Positions 1 to 11,964 of a stretch of DNA of 64,000 bases are shown here, piece by piece; the stretch's first letter is position 1, and every line of letters starts with the position of its first letter. The notes beneath the pieces were generated by a model, which had not been told where the DNA came from, ran no database searches, and saw nothing but the letters and a program-made list of their open reading frames with translations. Position numbers and translations under genes: made by a program. The stretch is from the human T2T-CHM13v2.0 reference genome, Homo sapiens: assembly GCF_009914755.1 (NCBI RefSeq), contig NC_060931.1; one strand, given 5' to 3'.

Positions 1-14
1 ACTGGGTCTTGTTT

Positions 15-410
15 CTGTATAAATTAGGGTTGTATTTGGCTGCAAGTAACAGAATACCCAATTAAGCGTTCTTAAATAAATATGGATTTTTTTTTACAAG
101 TACAGAGGTAGATGGTTATTGGTATTGGCTCAGCAGCTCTGTGATATTAAGGTAGCCATCTCTGAGATTCCTTTTGCTTGTGCCTTGTGGTTACAAGATC
201 GCTACTGCAGATCCAGCATTGCCATTTGTGTGCAAAAAACGAAGGACAGGAGAAGGTCCTTGATAGCTCAGGCTGTCCCTTTTATCAGGAAGGCAAAGGT
301 TTTCCAATAACTCACCTATCTCCACCAGCCAGTTCCTCTTAACATCTCATTGGCTGGATTTATGGCTTCCTAGCTGCAAGGCAGGCTGGGAAATCGGGCA
401 CCTGGCTCTC
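15..410 (-). mobile_element. Old MaLR LTR (MLT1J/K/L-like)
   Basis: Start TTTGGCTGCAAGTAACAGAA and end CTAGCTGCAAGGCAGGCTGGGAAA are typical of old MLT1 LTRs; highly diverged. Confidence 0.5.
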
Positions 411-529
411 CAACTAGATTGAAAGTATCTTGTTTCTCAGGCATAAGGATTTTTTCATGTTGTGGTTCAATGAAGCATTGGGTGGCTTATGCAAGAAGTG
501 CAAGATAACAGAAAAAGCAAAGAAAAAAG

Positions 530-725
530 TAGAGGTTTGAATATGGGCTCCATCATTTACTGACTCTGTATTCTAAAAGTAATTAACCTTGCTGAATGTT
601 ATTTTCTTGCTAGAAAAGGGAGGTACTAAATGCCTGCCTAGCAGGGCTGTTGTGAAGATTGAATATTATAGTGTAGTTACAGTTCCTGGCCCTGAAGAGA
701 TGCCCCCAAAGAGTCATTATTCTAT
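530..725 (+). mobile_element. MIR SINE
   Basis: GGTTTGAAT..CCATCATTTACT..GGGCTGTTGTGAAGATT core resemblance. Confidence 0.55.
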
Positions 726-774
726 TGTGGTGTGCTTTGTTCTGTCTGATGAGTATGTGGCAAGTAGACACAAA

Positions 775-1045
775 GTGGAAGCAGCAGAACTTTGAGGTGA
801 AGAGCATAGGCCCTAAATCAGGCCACTTGGTCCAGATTTCCCCTCTACCACTTACTAGTTGTGTGACCTTGGAGATGTTACCTGGCCTCTCTAAGCTTCA
901 GTTCCCCTGTCTGTAAACTGGAGATAAGAATAGGACTTATCTCCTAGAGGTACATTTGGAAGAAAGAAAGAAGTAATATACACAAAGCATTGGGCACTGA
1001 GCCCAGCACAAAGTATGCGCACAGTAAGTTTTAGCTATTATTAAT
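775..1045 (+). mobile_element. MIR SINE (donor of the 176-bp duplicate at 9274)
   Basis: CCACTTACTAGTTGTGTGACCTTGG..CTCTAAGCTTCAGTTCCCC..CTGTAAA core; 3' end GTAAGTTTTAGCTATTATT. Confidence 0.8.
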
Positions 1046-1178
1046 ATTGATTGGATTTTTTTCCCCTTGGCCCAGAATTAAACTTATTGAACCAAAAGAG
1101 CAAGTGCATTGCCGTTGAAACTCTTTAAAACCAAGTCCTTTTCAATCCCTAAAGTATACCAACTATTATAACTGGAAG

Positions 1179-2320
1179 CAGCAGCATACCAAGAGTGGGT
1201 TTGGGCATGGGCGGGGGGGCTTCCCTATATTCAGGAATTAAGAGGGTTCATTGTCAGTATAGAATTTTTTAAAAATAATTTTTAAAAACCCAAGTGAAAT
1301 AAAACATTGATCTGCTTTTTATGATCACCATCTACCAACATTTCTAAACAATGTCATTGATAAAATTGCCCCCTCACAAAACTTTTGTTTGCTTAAGTTC
1401 TAAACATTGCTGCAATGACTGTTGAGTTTTAATAATAGATCCATAAGTTGCACATCAACACATTTTTATTACTTATCCTTTAATAAAGATTGTGTTCTTT
1501 ATTAAAGTAAAGTACTGGAGAACTCTGAGTTATATAGTCAGCCCCTCATGCCTACAGACTCCATTTGTAACAGTTTTGAACTGGGGCTGGCTTCAATTTG
1601 TATCTCCAACTTGAGCAGTCCTTCACATTCCTGCATGCAAACAGCAGACTCAGCAACACAGATTTAGTGGCTGCAAAGACAAAAACATGGAATTTGAGTT
1701 ACTTCAATTCTGTGTGACTTTGGGAAATTTTATTTCTATTATATTTAAATTTAAATTGGCTAACAGAGCATGAACTGTGAGGTATGGTATTTATTTGAGC
1801 ATATTTGAGTGATCTTTTAAAAGGAAATTATTCTTTTAAAATTACTTGTTTTTCAGAGTAAAGATCAAGAAGATTGTGCTTATTTCTGATTATTACATGA
1901 TTACTGCTGAAAATATTTTTGTTATATAGAGGATGTATTAGTTCGTTCTCATGCTGCCATAAAGAAAGAAAGGGTTTTAATTGATTCACAGTTCTTCATG
2001 GTTGGGGAGGCCTCAGGAAACTTACAGTCATGACGGAAGGTATCTCTTCAAAGGGCAGAAGGAGAGAGAATGAATACCGAGTGCGGGGGAAGCCCCTTAT
2101 AAAACCACCAGATCTCGTGATAAACACTATCAGGAGAACAGCATGGGAAAAACCGCCCCTCGTGATTCAAGTATCTCCACCTGATCCTGCCCTTGACATG
2201 TGGGGATTATTACAATTCAAGGTGAGATTTGGGTAGGGACACAAAGCCAAACAATATCAGAGGAAGCAGAGATTAAGAAATGATTTACTCTGGTAACAAA
2301 TATGCTCATTGTGCCACAGC
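1179..2320. mobile_element. hAT-Tip100-type DNA transposon relic (MER97-like), interrupted by a THE1 LTR
   Basis: Decayed terminal repeats (CAGCAGCATACC ... TTGTGCCACAG) and an AT-rich body resembling the recalled consensus; subfamily uncertain. Confidence 0.45.
1934..2259 (-). mobile_element. THE1-family MaLR solo LTR
   Basis: TGTATTAG...AGCCAAACAATATCA termini, GGAGGCCTCAGGAAACTTACA motif, perfect 5-bp TSD GAGGA (1929-1933 / 2260-2264). Confidence 0.9.
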
Positions 2321-2496
2321 ACAGAAGGGACTTAGAATCTAGTGTAAGCCCTTCACTCTACAATTATCAGAAGGGAAGTTGTCTGAGGTCACCCAGCTAG
2401 GCAGTAGCAAAGAGACTAGACAAAACTCTCCTAGCTATTGCCGGACTACTTTTTCCATCCTCTACTCCCAAGGTAACTGAAATAGAACTATAGTGT

Positions 2497-2775
2497 TAGT
2501 GTTTCTCAAACTGGTAAAGAATCAATTTCTGAAATTTTTCAATCTATTGCAGAATAATACTAGCACACAGCCCAGACTACTGGCAGTTCATCATTCAAGT
2601 TCATACCATCCAAACAGTCACTCTCCTGCTGAACAAGATAAGTCCACTGATCACACACTTGGATACAGCAGCAATATCAAGTTGCCATAAACGTTTTTAA
2701 ATGTTTACTCTCAATTTCTGTTCTTATCCCATCATAGACCGGTGACGGTTTCCTGACCAGCTTTGAGTAGCTCTG
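2497..2775. mobile_element. hAT-Charlie element (Charlie4-like)
   Basis: TAGTGTTTCTCAAACT ... CTTTGAGTAGCTCTG hAT-like termini. Confidence 0.5.
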
Positions 2776-2889
2776 TACCATCTCATATAGAGTCCATAGC
2801 AGGGACTTATGGGCAGGAAAACATCTCTGGATAGTTAGATAAGCAATTTTTAGCTTTTGGGTTGTTTTGACTTTGTTAAATTTCTGTGA

Positions 2890-3085
2890 GGTTAAGGGCT
2901 TAGGTTTGAATTACCATCTGTATACTAGCTGCATGGCCTAAGCATCTTTAGGTGAGTTTTCTCATCCATAGAACAAGGGAACATTAGTGCCTAGCTCAGA
3001 GGGGCTTTTAAGGGGATATGCGTGTGCAACCGAGGGTGGGGGCTGACATGTAGTAAGCCCTCTTGTGTATTAGCTATTATTAATT
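2890..3085 (+). mobile_element. MIR SINE
   Basis: GGTTTGAAT..TACTAGCTG..TTTTCTCATCCATA..TAGCTATTATT. Confidence 0.55.
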
Positions 3086-3150
3086 TTATTGCCCCCTCCT
3101 CTTTTTTTTAATGTGGGAGGAGGGTGTTGCAGAATAATGTGTCACAGTAT

Positions 3151-4286
3151 AGTTACTATTATTAGGGTTGTTGCTTTTCTAGCCAGAAACCTCTGTGGCC
3201 GGTGGCGCCTTTGCCTGAGTTATTGTCCTGCATCCAGGAAGAATGAGGCATGCAGACAAGTGGAGAGTGAGCAAGCTGAAGAGGAGCTTTATCAAGTAGT
3301 AGAACAGCTGAGAGGAAACCAGCAGTGGGTAGCTCCTCTCTGCAAGCAGGTCATCCCATCACCTCTGCAGCTCTCAGCAAAGGCTTGGACTGGGTGGCTC
3401 CTCTCCACAGGCAAGTTGTCCCAATGAGTGTTCAGCTCTCAGCAGAGAGGGTAGTTTCTGTCTGCTGAGAGCAGGCCCTAGCTCCTCTCTGCAGCTGGTT
3501 GTCTGGATGTCTGCTGCTCTCAGCAGAGAGGAGACCCTGGAGAGGCTAGCTCTTCTCTGCAGCTGGTCATCCAGAAGTCTACTCTGCTCTGGCTGAGTCG
3601 GGGGTTTTTATGGTCTTCGGCAGGGGGGTAGTGCATGCTGATTGGTCCATGGGCAGCCATAGGTGGGCCCAGGGTAAAGCACCCCGAGTTCCCCCTCTGG
3701 TCAGCAGGACTGGCAGCCTGGTCCCCAGGCTTTAGGACTTTCCCAGGCTGAAGGTGAGGCTTCACCGGGGACCCAACCCCTTCTGCCCAGGAGCCTGTCT
3801 GCCTCCCCCTGCTGTTCATGGCACCCAGGCTATTTGTCCCAAGGTGAGCCTGCAGGCCAGTGCTGAGCTGCCCTCATCCCCCCGCTCAGCTTCCCTCCCA
3901 TGCTTGTTGGCACCCAAAGTTCAGAGGGGGCTGAGGGAGCAGGGGGCTGGCGTATCAGTACTGTCCCAAGCATGCGTCCACCTGGCTGGACTGTGTCAGT
4001 ACCCGGGCTTGGCCCCAACCTTACTGTATGATCAGAGCAGGCACTGGGAGCAGGGAGAGGCCAGGCAGTGGGAGCAGGCACTTCCGAGCCTGTTGGGGGC
4101 AGGGGCACCTTCCTGGGCCCCCAAGGCACAGAGACACCCAGTCTGGAGCTGCACCAGGGCAGCTGCAGCAGCACCGGAGGAAAGCAGGGCTCCTGCCTGC
4201 TCCCTAGAGCGGGAGCCCAGCCACACTTTCCCACCACAGCCAGTGTCTTGGCAGCAGCCACTCTAGATGGGCTGTTGCTGCCATCA
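3151..4286 (-). mobile_element. ERV1 solo LTR, MER52-like
   Basis: GC-rich ~1.1 kb block with AGAAACCTCTGTGGCCGGTGGC, repeated GCTCCTCTCTGCAGCTGG / GCTCTCAGCAGAGAGG units, ending GCTGCCATCA. Confidence 0.8.
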
Positions 4287-6463
4287 CCATAAGGCAGCCC
4301 AGGGAAGAAATTATGCCAAGTCAGGAGTTAGAGCTGTGAGCTCTGGCCCTGTTTTCTGGTGACCTGTCAGGATCACTACGCTAGAGGTGCATTCAGGAAG
4401 CAATGATGGGGCATCGTCCTGCGCCAGGCTTTCACTGTCCCTGGCAGAGAAATGGTCCCTGTTCTCGAGGGTCTCACGTCGTGGAGAAGAAGCAGAAGAG
4501 ATACTGTCAGCAGATACAGGGGCTGTCACAGAGGCAGGATCCCACGCAGAAGAACTCCAGCTAGCTCTTCTCCATCTTAAGTTTCCCAGTTTGAGCTCAC
4601 AGAGAAAGCCCAGTTGGGTTTGTGTTACACAAGGGCACCGTCTCCATCTTTGCTTCCCTTGAGGAGAGATTGTCACCTTGTCATGGGACTTACGATGACC
4701 TTGACATTGCTGCATCTCCTCCCATGACAGAGTGGTTTTTCACTGATCCTGGATAAATGAATTAACTGCAGTGGTGCTGGTGGCAGGGGGTGTGGAGGGA
4801 ACAGGAAATACTACAGAAAAGGGGAGATGTTGTATTCGGGCTTCGAAGGATGAGGAGGAATCTGCATTGCAAGGTGAATGCCCAGGGGTTGGACATGTTC
4901 CGTGACAATAAAAAGTCCCCATCTTTCTAAGATCTGGCTTTCTCATCTGCGGGATGAGGATAAGGAAACTGCCCTTGCCTCACTCATGGCATCCTTGGGA
5001 GTGTCCTCTGACGGACCCAAGGCAGAAATGTTTTAGGAACTATGAACTGCTGTACAAATTATTATATAATACTCAGCCCCCAGCACAAACATTGACTGTC
5101 AGCAGAGAGGGTTAGAACAATTGTTTTGCAAGTTGATGAATTATTTTAATCTTTTATAAAGTGAACTCTCCCAGAATGGTTTTCATTAATGTCCGATACC
5201 CACAACTGAACCACCACGCCACTTGTCTTTTACTAAAACACTGATAAAACAGAATCCAGCTTGCCTTTGTGAACGTGTTAAAAACGATGTTTTCAGGGAG
5301 AACAATAGAAAAGTAGCCAGTGTTGTCAGTTTGACATTCCTCGCTAGGATTTATTCAGGCTGCTGATGTCTATATGCAAACAGTACATTTAGAAGCCAAA
5401 TGGGTTCTGGTGCCTTATGAATTTCTTTCTTCTCCCCAATTTGCATAGAGGGGAGGCCAGCAGGAAATGTAGTGGCAATCAAATTTCACTTGTAATGAAA
5501 CAATGCAGTGTTTTTGACTGTGGATGGGTGTTTAAATAATCTTGACAGTAGCAGCTGGTTCCTTTCTTCCTTTGTCCAATTAGGTGCTGTTTTTTCTGCA
5601 AGGATTACTCAAAGGCAGTCAAACCTTGATCCTCCCTGTGTCAAAAGTCTGCCTGAAAGCCTGACTTCTCATCATCTAAGAAGAAACAGCACATTTATTT
5701 TTCTGTCTGGGTGTGACACCATTTCAGAGAAAGGTTGCTAGCTTTGAGCTGAAATGTTATTTCATCCCTGGAGTGTAGGTGAAGGCTGTTTCTTCTAGGG
5801 ATTGGAGAGAACTGTGCCAGCTAAGGCAAGTACTCAGGATAGCCAGATGCTGTCAGCAAACAAAGAGTCTCGGTGGAAAGTGAGAAAGTGTGCATTAGGG
5901 TGAAGAGGCTGAATTGCCACCTATCCGTAGCTCTGGGAAGAGAGAAGCTCTGTAAATAATCCACTTTCAGGCAGTTTAATGCTTTGAACATAGTAACAGC
6001 CCATGCGCAGAAATCATCTGATAGAGCAGATTGCAAATTTCACTTCCAGCAGTGTGGTTGTTCTTGCACTACAAGGAAAGGTTCTGGCAGCCTAGGGAGG
6101 AAGAGGGAAGAGAAGGAGGGGGACTTTGAAATATGGCCTGGCCCTCCTCCCACCTCCATGATGCCACGGGGAAGGGGTATCTCAGAAGGGATCCTAGCTA
6201 TTGATTAGAACCAGTGTAATTTTCTTTGTCAGCACTTAAGACTGTTTCCCACTACCTGTAGACTTCCCAGATTAATGAGTCAATGGTGTCCATGGGGCAC
6301 CTCTTATATGTGCAACTGATCCCCAGCATCCGGAGAGTGGTATAAGGTTTATAAAATGTTTTTCATTTACGGTGTTGTATATTTTTCCTCCCAATAATCC
6401 TGATGGGTAAGAACAGACATGGAAGTTATTTCCCTGAAAAAAGAGGTAAAAGAATAAGATGTC

Positions 6464-6700
6464 ATAATAATAATAATAATAATAATGGCTCAAATTTATT
6501 GAGCATTTACCAGACTTACTATCCAAATGATCACATTTAATTCTCATAACCACCTTGTAAGGGAGGTACTCATCACTCCCAATTTGCAGATGAGAAAACT
6601 GAGGTTCAGAGAAGTTAAGTAAACAGCCTAGGTCATACGAGTAGGACACAGCCCACTCCAGCTGAGGCAGAGCCTGTGGTCTTCTGAATCACTATGCTAT
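6464..6700 (-). mobile_element. MIR SINE with (TAA)7 tail
   Basis: TTTGCAGATGAGAAAACTGAGGTTCAGAGAAGTTAAG core. Confidence 0.8.
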
Positions 6701-6749
6701 GCGGCCTGGGTCTCTGACACTTAGCCCTGTTCGTCCTCCAGGGAGAGAC

Positions 6750-7570
6750 ATTTGACCAGTATTAAGAGCCTACTGTGTGCCAGGAATAGCTCTAGACACT
6801 GGTGATGCATTCATTCACTCAACAAATATTTCAGTATTTCCTGAGTGCTCACTACATGCCAGATTCTGTTTTGTGTTTGGGGTACATCAGTGAACAAAGC
6901 TCTCTGCCTTCCTGGAGTTTACGTTCTACTGGAGCAGGCAGACAAGAAACAGGACACATTTAAGAAAATCATATGGTATGTTAGCAAGTGATACACTCTA
7001 TGGAAGAAAGAAAACTTACAGCATAGTAAAGGGTACCAGGAATGCTGGAGTTGGGGTAGACAGGGTACACTTTTAAATAAAGTGGCCAAGAGAGGTCTCA
7101 TTAAGAAGGTGGCATTCAAACACAAAAATGGAAGGAAATGAGGGAAGTAACTGTGTCCACATATAGGGAAGAGCATTACAGACAGAGGGAAGAGGCAGTG
7201 CCCAGCATGTTGAAAGAACGGCAAGAGGGTAACATGGCCAGAACTGTGAATGAGGAAGAGACAGCAATAGAGATGTGATCACAGCATGGTGAGGACCCAG
7301 TCATGGCAGGCCCCCATGTCACTGTGAAGACTCTGAGTGAAATGGAGCGCCCTGGCAGGGCTCTGAGCAGAGGAATGGCCTTTTCTTGTTTTTGTGTTTA
7401 AAGAACCACTCTGAATGCTATTTTGAGATGAACTCTAATGTGGCAAGGGTGGAGGCAGGTCAGAGCCAATGCAGTGATCTAGGGAAGAGATAATGCTGGC
7501 TCGGGCTGGGCAGTGTTGAAGGTAGTAAGAAGTGGTCAGATTCTGTGGGTGTTTTGAATGTAGAGCCACA
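6750..7570 (-). mobile_element. L2 LINE 3' fragment(s)
   Basis: CATTCATTCACTCAACAAATATT tail and L2-like body (AAGTGGTCAGATTCTG..GTAGAGCC). Confidence 0.75.
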
Positions 7571-8734
7571 TTGCAAGACTACCAAGTCATTAAATCAACT
7601 GAAACCTGGAGTTTCAAAAAACCTAGACTTAAGAAAACCATTTTCATAACAGAGGAACAGAACATAGGATTTCATGCATGGTGACTTAGAATACTGAAAA
7701 TTAGTGCTAGTTAGGAAAGAACTATACTTAGACCCAACAGAAAGCATGTCAATAAGAAAACTAGAAAACATAATACATTCCTGTTGTTGTTCCTTGTTTC
7801 ATTAAATTCAATGCATTCACAAAAATAAAGCAAGCCTCACTAACAAAGCCACATCATTTATAACTTTGCCCTTGTGATTGTGCTGTGAGTACATTCCACA
7901 GACAGAGTTAACAGTATTTTAAGAACCATTGCTTCTTTGTTTTCCAAGCTGAACCCTGTTTTACTCCATTGGGAAATATAAATAATGGGAGAAAAGGAAG
8001 CAAGATAATGCAAGTATTAATTAACCATTCCTGATCCCTATGACTACAGACACTTTGTGATTATAAGAATCCTAAGAAAAATGGCTTTTTTCTTCTAGGC
8101 TTCATCTATTAGATGCTAATGTGGAGAACAAAGTGGCCAGATGAACTTGATTAGCATCACTCTAAAGGAAGATGAGTTGTACCTAGGCAGTTGTCGTGGG
8201 CTTGGTGTTTTTTACCTTCTCTATATAGCACAGGAAGTGTTTTGCTGCTAAGACTCGGTGGATCATCATTTGTTCTTTTATCATGGGTGGGTGTGGGCAG
8301 AAGATGAGCATCAACAATATTTACTGCTTGACTCCTATGTGCCAGCACTCTGCTACTGTCTCATTCTCCTTTGTACACCCAGTTTATAGTCTTTTAATTC
8401 AGCCTGACAGTGTTCTTTATTGAGGTGCACACCATCATTAATGTTCACAGCTGAATGAAGATCTGGCTTTCTAAACAGCTACAGGATTGATGGTTTTATA
8501 TTAAGGGAGCATTCTCCTCAATGGAGCTGACTTTTAAAAGTGGACTCTGGCATTGGATTAAGTTCTGAGTATTAGGAGATCACTTAGAAGGTCTGTACCT
8601 TCCTGCTTGCCTGGTGGCTAATTGTGCAGCCATTATCAGATTCCTGATTAAGAAAGTATATGATGAAAGTTTCCTATGAGGAAACTACTGTGGATAAAGG
8701 CCTAAGCTTAGCCTCTTCAAAATACGATTAAATA

Positions 8735-8771
8735 TTAGGTTGGTACAAAAGTAATTGTGGTTTTTGCCTAA
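8735..8771. mobile_element. MADE1 (Hsmar1 MITE) with internal deletion
   Basis: TA-TTAGGTTGGTACAAAAGTAATTGTGGTTTTTGCCTAA-TA: left TIR plus only the terminal CCTAA of the right TIR, with TA on both flanks. Confidence 0.8.
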
Positions 8772-9273
8772 TAGTTGAGGCATTCTTATTAATCAGGATC
8801 ACTATTTCTGGAAGTTCTAGCCACTAATAGGCAAGAGAATGAAATAAGTATACCACATTATAATTATTTGTGAGAATTATTAAAAATAATAAAAGTTCAA
8901 TCAGAAGCCACTGCTAGAAATCACATTACATGTCTTTGAGAGAAAGCCCAGGCACAATCACTGCTGTCTGGGCAGAGCCTCAGAAATCAACTTGCTCACT
9001 TAAGGCAAAGGAACATTTACTATTATACTGAACTTTGTCTACACTCAAAAATGGGATCAGAAGAAAGGGAAAGGTTTGTGAACCTCAAGTCCAAGAATAA
9101 AAATAGAGGGCTGAAAATGAAAACTCTTATTTTTTAGCTGTCTCAAAAGGAAGCCAGACATTACAGACCAAGGACCACTACTATAAAAGCCTTGGATATA
9201 AAGTCAAATTTCTCACATTTTAAAACTCTATGCTATTGCTTCCTTCCTCTCCTCCTCCTCCTCCTCCTGCTGA

Positions 9274-9449
9274 GTGAAGAGCATAGGCCCTAAATCAGGC
9301 CACTTGGTCCAGATTTCCCTTCTACCACTTACTAGTTGTGTGACCATGGAGATGTTACCTGGCCTCTCTAAGCTTCAGTTCCCCTGTCTGTAAACTGGAG
9401 ATAAGAATAGGACTTATCTCCTAGAGGTACATTTGGAAGAAAGAAAGAA
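9274..9449 (+). repeat. 176-bp near-identical direct copy of 797-972 (MIR-derived)
   Basis: Manual alignment gives 174/176 identical, no gaps. Confidence 0.95.
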
Positions 9450-9459
9450 CTACTACAAA

Positions 9460-9466
9460 ACACACA

Positions 9467-9509
<43 letters not shown>
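9460..9509. repeat. (CA)n microsatellite with one interruption
   Basis: Directly visible. Confidence 0.97.
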
Positions 9510-9512
<3 letters not shown>

Positions 9513-11099
9513 CAGTGCTTCAGGAGCAATGACAATGGGGGATCTTTGTCATAGCCTACTGCCAGGTTTGAGAAACCCCAAGGGATACAGTAGATGGTAC
9601 AGTGATGGAGGTTGTCACTAGGCTGGATGGGGGGAAACAATTGAAAGAATGTACTCGAAGCTCAGTTTGGAGGTCCAGCATAGGAGAATGGCTGGGGGAG
9701 GCAGGAACAACAGCCTAACTCATTTAAAGAATAGTAGAATCAAATATATCCCTCACAGCTTCCAGCGCATGATCTTTATAAATGTGTCTGAATCCAGGAA
9801 GATTGCTTCATAGCAAGACACACTTTCCCCCGTTGCCATGGAAACAGCACTGTTCTCATGTGTCAGGAGCGCATGCAGACACACACACACGCACACACGC
9901 ACGCACACACTGTATGTTAATACATTCTGGTGTTCTTTATACTTCTAAAAGGACATGTTCAGAGCCAGAATTTTACTAATTCCTATCATCCACTTGTTAT
10001 CTATTATCTGTGTTGTTATGATGTTAAAAATACTGATTTTAGGTTTTTCTTCAATATAATCTCTCCTAGAAGTGAAATAATTCATTATTTGCCCCTTCAC
10101 CTAGCTCCAATTTTTCTCCCACCCCTTAAACGAACATACTGTAGATCTCAATGCCTATAGTTTATTAATGTTTTAGAAACCTGTTTCAGATCCTAGTCAA
10201 TTTCTTTGATGGGTAGAATGATGCATTTTGTGTACTTCATGTTCTTAAATATTCTCCATCTAAAATATTGTTTTTACACTGGTAAAATGGCAATTTCTGG
10301 GAAGAATGTTGATGAATCACAAGTTTGTATGAGTGTGGGACTATAGTGGTCTGGTTCAGTCTTCAATCTGTATACACTTTAAAAGAAACTAAAGGAAACT
10401 GATATGGAGAAATATATTATTTTGACAAGTGTTTCTTGGGCATCTACTATCTCCATATATGACCCAGTTGCCCCTGAGAGCTAATTCCAACTACATGGAG
10501 ATGCTCACGATCAATGATGAGATGGCATGGTGCATGAGAGTCAGGGAACAGTCTTCAAAGCTCAACACAACCAGCTGTGGCTTTCACTTCACTTGAATTA
10601 GGTCATAGAGTCATAACCTGTAAAATGAGCAACTTGGACTAGACTACCTCCCTGGTCAGCTTCAAGACGCCACGGCTATACTTCCATTTCAGAACCAGGC
10701 CCCATGGAGTGTGTGGTTGCTTAGACAGCCTCAGTAAGTCCCCGTCTAGGAAGTGACTCAGCCATGTCAGTGTGGGGCTCACACCCCAACAGGCTTCCCA
10801 CTCCTTGCTGCACCAGTCTTCACCCCAGACCTAGGCCCTCTGGGTGGGGTGGAGCTCCTTCCCAGTGTTCCCTCCCTTCTCCTTCTGCCCACCTCAGATC
10901 TACCCTTTGTCACTTGCCTACTGAGACCAGCCAACTTGAGGCAATCATTCCTGCCAAGTTAGCCAGTGGCTGCATATATCATACTCAAGGCAACATTCTT
11001 ATGGTAAAAATTTACTTTCTGCAGATACCAACCCTGGTAAAGTCTCCAATTTATTTCCTACAACAACTAACCTTCTCACATTCTTTGTTTCAGCCTCAA

Positions 11100-11435
11100 G
11101 GGCAGTTCCTGGAATTCACCAGGCTCTTCACTGCCCTCAGCCTTGGCCTCTAGCCAATGCTGCTGCCACTGCCCAGAAATCTTCTCCTCCACTCAGCACT
11201 CTGTTAACTCCTTTCCGCCCTTCAGCAACAGCTTCCAAGTCTCTTTCCCCAACTGAGCCCTCTGCTATTCTCTTTTCCGTCATAGATCTTAGCAGAAAGT
11301 ACAAACATCTCCCTCAGTAGATGACAGATTTCATGAAGGCACTGTGCCACCGTACACCTGGTACCTGCCTGGTACACAGCAGGGGCTCAGGTTAATAACC
11401 GTTGGTTAAATACATGGATGAACAAATGAATGAAA
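11100..11435 (+). mobile_element. L2 3' fragment
   Basis: GCCTGGTACACAGCAGGGGCTCAG..TGAACAAATGAATGAA tail. Confidence 0.55.
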
Positions 11436-11920
11436 GCACTGTCTTAACCCAAAGATGAGACAGATGGTAGGAATTGCAGGCCCTGGCACATGTCGATGGG
11501 GGAAAGAGACATTTTTGAGCAGGTGAAACTTGTCTCTTATCTCTACCTGCAGTGCTCACCTGACTCCTGAAGGACAGACACTAGCAGCAGAAAATATCAT
11601 CACTCCCAAATGTAGCTTGTCCTATAACTGTTTGTCAACAATAAGGCTTTGACTCACTACAAAAGCTTTCTTCACATGAATTCAAAGCATTTTGCTTTGC
11701 ATTTGAGCAAGCCTGTTGGTGACAGCAGTCCTTAGAATGTGAAGCACAATGGTTTAAACATTAAATTGAGACCGTAAGGCTGAAACTTGTTCCCATCTCA
11801 CAACGAACCTTTGGCAGAACAAAGACCAGAATCCAATTTTTGTCAATCAAGTCACTTTTCCCCTCTGGGCCTCAGTTTCCTCCTCTGTAGTTGAATGTAC
11901 CTCTTCCTCCACTTCACTCT

Positions 11921-11964
11921 TCCCAAAGTGCTGGGATTACGGGTGTAAGCCGCCGCACCTGGCC
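11921..11964 (-). mobile_element. 44-bp remnant of an Alu 5' end
   Basis: TCCCAAAGTGCTGGGATTACGGGTGTAAGCCGCCGCACCTGGCC. Confidence 0.85.

Noticed and set aside
3300-3600. Recurrent GCTCCTCTCTGCAG / CTCTCAGCAGAGAGG units as a CRISPR-like array
   Set aside because: Irregular internal repeats of the LTR in eukaryotic DNA; no constant repeat-spacer period and no cas genes.
3089-4292. ORFs of 99-170 aa
   Set aside because: They lie within the GC-rich MER52-like LTR and show no gag/pol/env similarity.
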